Origin: Candidatus Hermodarchaeota archaeon
GTDB taxonomy: Archaea; Asgardarchaeota; Lokiarchaeia; Sigyniarchaeales; SOKP01
NCBI GenBank assembly: GCA_048885525.1
Contig: JBHLLP010000047.1
Location: 1 to 27,774 of the forward strand
DNA: 27,774 bases
Direction of reading: 5' to 3'
The position numbers were made by a program, and so were the translations under genes. Of this stretch, positions 8,655 through 14,993 are shown one piece after another (position 1 is the first letter of the stretch; every line of letters starts with the position of its first letter). The notes beneath the pieces are model-generated. The model had not been told where the DNA came from, did no database searches, and worked only from the letters and a program-made list of their open reading frames with translations.

Positions 8655-9326
8655 TCATTCACCTTGAATCAATTTTCTTATATTAGTATATTTTTTTTGA
8701 TCTAATTTGTATATATGTCTATTTTTTTCTTTTTCAATTTTTATTAACTTTAGATCTGCTAAAATATCTATATATTTTTTTATAGTAGTATGATTCTTTT
8801 TCAGTCCATTTGCTATCTCTGTGATTTTTAATGCTTTATTTTCTATTTTCATAAACTCTATAATATTTTGAACAATTTTTTTTTTTAAATAATAGTGAAA
8901 CGGGTCAAGTGTTGGATCTGAATCGAATTTGAAGAAATATCTATGGTTATTGATTTGTTTTGATCTGACAAATTGAAATTTTTCTAAGCATGATAGATGC
9001 CATAAAGCTTGATTACTGCCAATTTTTAGAACCTTCATTATTTTATTAATATTTGATGGATTCTTTTTAATAAAATTGAATATCTCATTTCTTTTCGGAT
9101 GTTCTATTATATTATTTTTCATTAATTTTGTTCCAGGGATAATAACGCGTCTTTTAATGAAATCCTTCAGAATTAACTCTATTCTATTCTCATTTATATT
9201 AGGATTGTATCGCACTCTATTGCTTATATAGGAGATAATTTCTTTAATTGAAAAGAAGGTCTTCTTTGTTAAATACTCTCTTACTAATTTAAGAACAACA
9301 GATTCTGCATCATCAAAAGAACTCAT
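8655..9326 (-). CDS. Multi-winged-helix (ArsR/MarR-like) DNA-binding protein
   Basis: Repeated wHTH patterns: RNEIFNFIKKNP...ALWHLSCLEKFQFV and KITEIANGLKKNHTTIKKYIDILADLKLI. A probable third wHTH lies at the N-terminus. Confidence 0.8.
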   Translation of the reverse strand: MSSFDDAESVVLKLVREYLTKKTFFSIKEIISYISNRVRYNPNINENRIELILKDFIKRRVIIPGTKLMKNNIIEHPKRNEIFNFIKKNPSNINKIMKVLKIGSNQALWHLSCLEKFQFVRSKQINNHRYFFKFDSDPTLDPFHYYLKKKIVQNIIEFMKIENKALKITEIANGLKKNHTTIKKYIDILADLKLIKIEKEKNRHIYKLDQKKYTNIRKLIQGE

Positions 9327-9590
9327 AAAACTTTACTTCAAATAGATTGATTAATTTGGTTTTTATAACAATTTACTTTCTTTAAAACAACTTTCACAAT
9401 TTATATATATTGATAGGGGTTCATAAAATTTATAATATAATTTCTTAAGAATTCTAATTTTGATTTTTTTATTTTTAATAATGATTTGAAAACTTCAATA
9501 TTATTCCAATGGGTTTTATAATATCTTTTTAACGCCATTTTAATAAGTTTAATAAAATTAAAAATTAAAAAAAAAAAGGAAGTGATTTGA

Positions 9591-9923
9591 ATGAGTTTTG
9601 ATGAATTTGATGAAGATTTAGGAGGAAATGAACCAGTAAAATCTAAAACTCCAGCAGGTAAAACTCCGACTGGAGGAAAGAAATTAACTTTATATTTCAT
9701 GTCTACAATTGGTCCTGGTGAAAAGAAAGAGAAGTTAACTGTGAATGACAGCAATAGAGTAAGAGATATTAAACAAACATTAGGAAATTTATATGGACTT
9801 GACCCTAATGATTTCCACCTTTCTAGTGGAGGGGTCACTATGGATGAAAATAGTGATTTAAGAGACTATGATATAAATGATGGTGACGATATTCTATTAA
9901 TTCCAGCGAGTACAGCTGGTTAG
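9591..9923 (+). CDS. Ubiquitin-like protein 2 with acidic N-terminal extension, C-terminal AG
   Basis: 61 of 81 core residues are identical to the 7301 Ubl (manual count). Ends IPASTAG-stop and lies directly upstream of E1. Confidence 0.9.
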   Translation: MSFDEFDEDLGGNEPVKSKTPAGKTPTGGKKLTLYFMSTIGPGEKKEKLTVNDSNRVRDIKQTLGNLYGLDPNDFHLSSGGVTMDENSDLRDYDINDGDDILLIPASTAG

Positions 9924-9957
9924 ACTTATAAAACTTTCTTCATAAAATATAATAAAT

Positions 9958-9994
9958 GGGCAATAGCCCTTCAATTTTTTTTTTATTTTTTTTT
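9958..9994 (+). terminator. Small hairpin plus long T tracts between Ubl2 and E1
   Basis: GGGC-AATA-GCCC at 9958-9969, followed by T10-A-T9. Confidence 0.5.
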
Positions 9995-10001
9995 AAAACT
10001 T

Positions 10002-11261
10002 ATGGTGATAATATTGGATAAGGATTCAGATTTTTTCGCAAAAGAATTATCAGTGGAAGAAAGAGCCCTGTATGACCGCCAATTTCGTCTGGAAGGGTGG
10101 TCTCAGAAATTGGTAAAGAATTCTAGAGTTCTAGTAGTTGGTGTGGGAGGTTTAGGTTGTGAAATTGCCAAAAACTTGGCTATGCTTGGTGTTGGTCAGC
10201 TTGATCTTATCGATTTAGACATTATTGAGCATTCTAATTTAAATCGTCAAGTTCTTTTTACAGGTGCAAAGCTAGGAGAACCTAAGGCAATTGTTGCTGC
10301 TCGTAAGCTAAAAGAAATTAATCCTAATATTATTGTTAAGGGATACCACACCTCTCTAGAACGATTGAACCCAGCACTTTACCAAGCTGCGGATGTTGTT
10401 ATCGGAGGCCTTGATTCTATGAACGCACGTCTGAATTTAAATGCACAATGTATAAGATTTAAAAAGCCATTAGTAGATGGAGGTGTATCTGGTTATCACG
10501 GTCATGTATATACAGTTTTTCCTTATAAAAATGCGTGTTATGAATGCAATCCATTACCTATAGGTGAGTCTGATGAAATGGCTGCTTGTACAGTAGTAGG
10601 AATCCCTCGAAAAAGGATTCATTGTGTTTTTAAAGGAGATATGGTCTTTAGAGAAAAATTTGATAGAGATCCAAATCCAAAAGATGTAAATGATATAGAA
10701 TTCATTCAAAAGGTTGCAAATGAATTAGTAATTGAGCATAATTTCTTACCCGAATATACTCAGGACGATATTGTAAAAATCATTGATAGACATGATCCTG
10801 GTATAATAACTATAAATGCCGTTATTTCTGCTTTACAATCACATGAAGCAACCAAAATCCTTCATTGGAAAAAAGGACATAAAGGATTAGGTGAACCTAT
10901 TAAAAGTTATGTGATTTATAATGCAATTACAATGAAGTTTTATCATATTGAAAAAAAAAGAAATCCAGAATGTCCTCAGTGTAGTAAAAACGTTCGACGA
11001 GTATCTATAAAATTGAGATCTGAATCGCCTTGCATAAATATAATAAAGATATTAGAGAAGAATGGATATAAATTAGATAGAGATTCTGAACCAATTTTGA
11101 CTTTACAAGACTTTAATGATATTATAATGGTCGATTTACAGAAGAATCCAATTGAAAATGGTTTAAGAAATTACGAATTTGTAACAGTTGCAGGGTTTAA
11201 AGGGGGAGAAATTTTTGTAACCTTAAAATTAAAACAAAATTTGAATCAAAAAAGATTTTAA
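10002..11261 (+). CDS. Ubiquitin-activating enzyme E1 (ThiF/MoeB family, UBA2/UBA3-like)
   Basis: LYDRQ, GVGGLG, DLDIIEHSNLNRQ, Zn motifs CYEC and CPQC, catalytic loop AACTVVGIPRKRIHC (Cys196), and a C-terminal ~80 aa probable ubiquitin-fold domain. Confidence 0.92.
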   Translation: MVIILDKDSDFFAKELSVEERALYDRQFRLEGWSQKLVKNSRVLVVGVGGLGCEIAKNLAMLGVGQLDLIDLDIIEHSNLNRQVLFTGAKLGEPKAIVAARKLKEINPNIIVKGYHTSLERLNPALYQAADVVIGGLDSMNARLNLNAQCIRFKKPLVDGGVSGYHGHVYTVFPYKNACYECNPLPIGESDEMAACTVVGIPRKRIHCVFKGDMVFREKFDRDPNPKDVNDIEFIQKVANELVIEHNFLPEYTQDDIVKIIDRHDPGIITINAVISALQSHEATKILHWKKGHKGLGEPIKSYVIYNAITMKFYHIEKKRNPECPQCSKNVRRVSIKLRSESPCINIIKILEKNGYKLDRDSEPILTLQDFNDIIMVDLQKNPIENGLRNYEFVTVAGFKGGEIFVTLKLKQNLNQKRF

Positions 11262-11340
11262 ATTAATATAATAAAAAACAATAAAAATTTAAACAAAAAA
11301 TTTCAATATAAAATTAGATATAATAAAAAGGGTTGAGAAA

Positions 11341-11868
11341 ATGAGTATAAGAAGTAGTCGTATTTCCCGCGATGTTGCGGGATTAAAGAAAATGCAGAAA
11401 GAGGGTAATATTGTTCAACTACAACCATTTAATCCTAAAAGGAAGAGTATTAATCATTTAGCAATTTCATTTAGAGGCCCCAAAGGTACTGCTTATGCAG
11501 GAGGTCTTTTTAGATTAGAAATGAAATTCCCTGCTCAATATCCTAGACAACCCCCTTTTGTTAGATTACATACACCAATTTGGCATCCAAATTTTTGGCC
11601 AAAACCATCTGAATATAAAGGCCAAAGAAATATATGTTTAGCATTAGTAGATCCTTCGTTAGTTGGTAAAAAAGGGGGCTGGAGTCCCTCAAAAACAGCA
11701 GTTACAGTTGTCCAGGCAATCATTGCAATGTTAAATACACATGGTAAATATGTAAATCCTACCGATGTTTTTAATAAAAAAGCAGCGGTTGAAATGATGA
11801 AAAATCCTAAATTTTTCGAGAAAAAAGTAAAAAATCTTGTTAAGAAGTATGCTAATAAAAAATGGTGA
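11341..11868 (+). CDS. Ubiquitin-conjugating enzyme E2 (UBC fold)
   Basis: GPKGTAYAGGLF, FPAQYPRQPP, IWHPN...NICL (Cys99), WSP and N..AA motifs. Confidence 0.95.
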   Translation: MSIRSSRISRDVAGLKKMQKEGNIVQLQPFNPKRKSINHLAISFRGPKGTAYAGGLFRLEMKFPAQYPRQPPFVRLHTPIWHPNFWPKPSEYKGQRNICLALVDPSLVGKKGGWSPSKTAVTVVQAIIAMLNTHGKYVNPTDVFNKKAAVEMMKNPKFFEKKVKNLVKKYANKKW

Positions 11869-12692
11869 TATTTTCAATGGAAGATAAGGAATCAGCTAAT
11901 AATTCAATCAAAGATACAATAAAGAGGAAGATAAAAGAAAAAATAAAACAAGAATTGTTAGATGAAATCTGTGAAGAGCTTGCGTTAGAAGAAGATGAAT
12001 TAACAGAGGAAATCACTTCAATACTTACAAAAAAGTCCTCTAGTAAGTCAATAATAAAACTTACAAAGATACCTTCAGAAGAAATTGTAGAAAAAAAAGA
12101 GGTTGAAATTCAAAAAGAAGAAAAGATTCAAAAGGAAATTTATATTTCGGTAAAAGCAATCCTTAAAATAGCGAGTCATGCACTTAAATATGCCAATTCT
12201 CAGATTCAAAGAGAAAAATGGGTTGAGGTTATAGGGCTTCTTGCCGGAAAAATAGAAAAAAGTAATGGTATCTTACATATTGAAGATGCTTATCCGATGG
12301 GACATGGTACAGCTGTTTATGCTGAAATTAAAGACTATAAAAACTATGCTAGAGCTTTCCAAGATATTAAAAAACAAAAATTATTTATATGTGGGTGGTA
12401 TCATTCTCACCCAAGCTACGGATGTTTCTTAAGTTCAGAAGATATGGGCACACAAGCGAGATATCAAAAACTTTGGGACAAATCTGTGGCTCTTGTTATC
12501 GATCCTTACCAAATCGATGGTAAATCCACAGGATTTGAAATATATAAAGCGGATCTTAGAAGTAAAACATGGTATCCTTTAGTATATGGAATTAAAGGAT
12601 CACTAGATGTTAAGATGCTTCCAGAAGTTTTAAAATTCATGAATCCTATAATTGAAGGGAGAGCTGTTTATCTCGAATATGATGAAGATTGA
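11862..12692 (+). CDS. JAMM/MPN+ metallo-isopeptidase (Rpn11/CSN5-like)
   Basis: ISVKAILKIASHA, EVIGLL, GWYHSHPSYGCFLSSED (E...HxH-x7-S-x2-D) and ALVIDP. Start overlaps the E2 stop; an alternative ATG occurs five codons downstream. Confidence 0.93.
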   Translation: MVIFSMEDKESANNSIKDTIKRKIKEKIKQELLDEICEELALEEDELTEEITSILTKKSSSKSIIKLTKIPSEEIVEKKEVEIQKEEKIQKEIYISVKAILKIASHALKYANSQIQREKWVEVIGLLAGKIEKSNGILHIEDAYPMGHGTAVYAEIKDYKNYARAFQDIKKQKLFICGWYHSHPSYGCFLSSEDMGTQARYQKLWDKSVALVIDPYQIDGKSTGFEIYKADLRSKTWYPLVYGIKGSLDVKMLPEVLKFMNPIIEGRAVYLEYDED

Positions 12693-12721
12693 AACAACGG
12701 AAATTTGGTGATTATTAAACT

Positions 12722-13906
12722 ATGCCTAAATATAAAGCTGTCGCATTAACAATGACAATATTTTCATTGATAGGCATAATACACAGTATAATTCTAGATT
12801 CTTTTAATGTATTTGTGAGCTGGCTATTAATAGGAATATGGTTAATTTTTTCTCTCAAAGTTTTAAAAAATATTAAACAATATCGAGAATATCGGAGTCC
12901 TCATAATACAGCTTTCTTTATTATTAGTCCTGTTTTTGTGGGTATATTTTATTCAATATGGGGAAATTTTACTGGTTTGTTAGGAGAAAATCTTCTATTA
13001 AGTTCAGATGTATACTTAAGTTGGTGGAGCATTTTATTTGGATTTCCTTATGTTTTATATGGTTCGATATCTTTATTTCGTTGTTTTAAAAAATATAATG
13101 TAATCTATTTTGGAACGAAATCTGTAAATGCTAGGAAATTTGGGTATATTTTAGGATTTTCAATATTTTCTTTCATAATTGTTTATTGGATAAGTTTTTA
13201 TTCACTTATTGACTTCTATGAATCTTTATTGATACCTATTCATTTCTTAATTGATTTAAATCTTTTATTTTTGCTAATTGGTAGTTTATTAATAACAATT
13301 GTTTTTGGTTTTTTCGGAGCTCGAACCCAATTACCTCAGTTGACTAGAGATTATATAACAAGACGCACAACTAGATTGAATGATTTAATGTCGCCTAATC
13401 GACGTACAGTAAGAAATCGTAGCACAATACGATCATCTCCAACACCTTCAACTAGAACAGTATCTCGTACTTCAAGATCAGTTTCAAATTCCTCAAGATC
13501 AACACCTACTGCGCATTTACAATCAAGAAGTTCTAGAGTTAAAACAACTACTCGAACTACAAGCAGTAGTAGAACAGGAAAACCAATTAGAAGTAGTCAT
13601 AAAACCATGAAACAAATAAATTTTAAGTTATATAGACCAAAAGCAGGAAATTTATCATTAGAAGATTTTAAATGCATATTTTGCTTTAAGCTGCCCGAAA
13701 TTCCTAAGGATAATGCTAGAGGAATAATCTTATGCCCAAGTTGTAGATATCCCGCTCATGCTGATGAATTCAAAGACTGGCTTAAAAGTTCTCATCTTTG
13801 TTCAAGATGCAATGCCACTATTCCGTCAAATTATAGGAAAAATCCTAAAATTATCAGTGTAAAAAATTATATAATCATTTATAAGGGCTTATTAAGGAGT
13901 GGATAA
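12722..13906 (+). CDS. Polytopic membrane protein with C-terminal RING-variant Zn finger (putative E3 ligase)
   Basis: About six hydrophobic segments in aa 5-200, an S/T/R-rich linker, then CIFC-x16-CPSC-x4-H-x2-E-x3-W-x6-CSRC. Last gene of the E1-E2-JAMM run. Confidence 0.8.
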   Translation: MPKYKAVALTMTIFSLIGIIHSIILDSFNVFVSWLLIGIWLIFSLKVLKNIKQYREYRSPHNTAFFIISPVFVGIFYSIWGNFTGLLGENLLLSSDVYLSWWSILFGFPYVLYGSISLFRCFKKYNVIYFGTKSVNARKFGYILGFSIFSFIIVYWISFYSLIDFYESLLIPIHFLIDLNLLFLLIGSLLITIVFGFFGARTQLPQLTRDYITRRTTRLNDLMSPNRRTVRNRSTIRSSPTPSTRTVSRTSRSVSNSSRSTPTAHLQSRSSRVKTTTRTTSSSRTGKPIRSSHKTMKQINFKLYRPKAGNLSLEDFKCIFCFKLPEIPKDNARGIILCPSCRYPAHADEFKDWLKSSHLCSRCNATIPSNYRKNPKIISVKNYIIIYKGLLRSG

Positions 13907-13940
13907 TAATTTTCAAAAATTTTAGTATTTTTATTAAAAA

Positions 13941-14900
13941 TTAATAGCTAATTTTCAGTTTTTTTTTTAAATCTCCTACCGTTGTTTTCAATTCAGCATA
14001 AACATTATGAGGATGAATAGATTCAAGACTTTCAATTTTAAATTTAACTTTAAATTGATCTTCCAGATTTGGAAATTTTCTTAAAATGAAATTCTTTGCC
14101 ATTTCTCTTATAACATCTTCAGAAAAAAGAGGTTTTAAATGTGCACTTCTCACTAATTCGGCTTCTTCTGGTCTTTTTAAAACAGATTGAATTTTACCAC
14201 TCATAGATTGTTCTATAACATCAATAATATCTAAAACATCTATTTTATGGTTAGTTAAATCTTTAATCTGAATAATAATTGTCCCGATTGATCTTTGATT
14301 ATGTGAAGAAAAAGGAAGAATATTCAATAATTTATTGAGATCTTCTTCGGAAACAGTTATATCTTTTCTAGATTTAACTACTTCTTCTGCATATTCCAAA
14401 GAAAGCTCTTTAGCGCATGGACAAACAGTCATACCCACTGCACTAGCACCAATAAAATAATTATAATCAAGATAACCTGAAATATCTCGACTTGCTTTTA
14501 CAAAAGAACTGATATCATATGATTTTTGAATAACCCTCTTATCATTTTCTCTTACTTGAACAATAATCTTACCTTCTAATTTTACTTCAGCTTTAGAAGT
14601 ATAAGGGTGCCTTTCCATTAATTTCTTGACAATCCTATCTCCAACAAGCTCAATTGTTGGAGTAGGTTTAAAAATTACTTCATTTATGACTTCCTCTATA
14701 GTTTCTGAAGTTCGGGACATATGAATTCCACGCTGCTCAGCGGGCAGATTGATTAAAGCGGAAATTTTAGGGTAGAAAGAATACCTTTTACTCTCTTGAA
14801 CTATTTCAACTTTTTTTTCCAATTCTACAATACCAACCTTATCAATTGGAATATAAATTCCAGAGCCAGAATCTTGTAAATCAGTTTTAAATTTAGGAAT
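13941..14900 (-). CDS. mptA: GTP cyclohydrolase MptA (FolE2/IB family)
   Basis: QRGIHMSR, GMTVCPCA, SHNQRS, LKRPEE, PLFSED and ESIHPHN motifs. The family N-terminal motif (DLQD...IPIDKVG) lies in frame upstream of the ORF-track TTG at 14822, so the start is extended to a probable ATT at 14900. Confidence 0.88.
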   Translation of the reverse strand: MPKFKTDLQDSGSGIYIPIDKVGIVELEKKVEIVQESKRYSFYPKISALINLPAEQRGIHMSRTSETIEEVINEVIFKPTPTIELVGDRIVKKLMERHPYTSKAEVKLEGKIIVQVRENDKRVIQKSYDISSFVKASRDISGYLDYNYFIGASAVGMTVCPCAKELSLEYAEEVVKSRKDITVSEEDLNKLLNILPFSSHNQRSIGTIIIQIKDLTNHKIDVLDIIDVIEQSMSGKIQSVLKRPEEAELVRSAHLKPLFSEDVIREMAKNFILRKFPNLEDQFKVKFKIESLESIHPHNVYAELKTTVGDLKKKLKISY

Positions 14901-14993
14901 TAATAGCCACCAGTATCAAAAATTAATTTATTAATGTTCTATTCTTTAAAAGGATTAGAAATATTTAAAATGATTTAGATTGTTTATGAATTA

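Noticed and set aside
9438-9455. TTCTTAAGAA palindrome as a wHTH operator
   Set aside because: Short AT-rich palindromes are expected by chance at this base composition, and no second supporting copy was identified.
9591-11261. ThiS/MoaD/SAMP sulfur-carrier system
   Set aside because: There is no GG terminus and no rhodanese or thi/moa genes. A bona fide E2 and a RING-like protein follow E1.
7294-11723. ORFs 7294-7575(-), 7745-7933(+), 9401-9838(-) and 11535-11723(-)
   Set aside because: Antisense to the Ubl, TM-Ubl and E2 genes. The similarity between the two Ubl-antisense ORFs is explained by the Ubl paralogy.
4894-12692. CBASS type II (CD-NTase + Cap2 E1/E2 + Cap3 JAB) or bacterial Bil-type defence system
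   Set aside because: The nucleotidyltransferase looks like the archaeal COG1665 type, is on the opposite strand 4 kb from E1 and ends in MIII. E1, E2 and JAMM are separate proteins with eukaryote-like motifs, and no effector is present.
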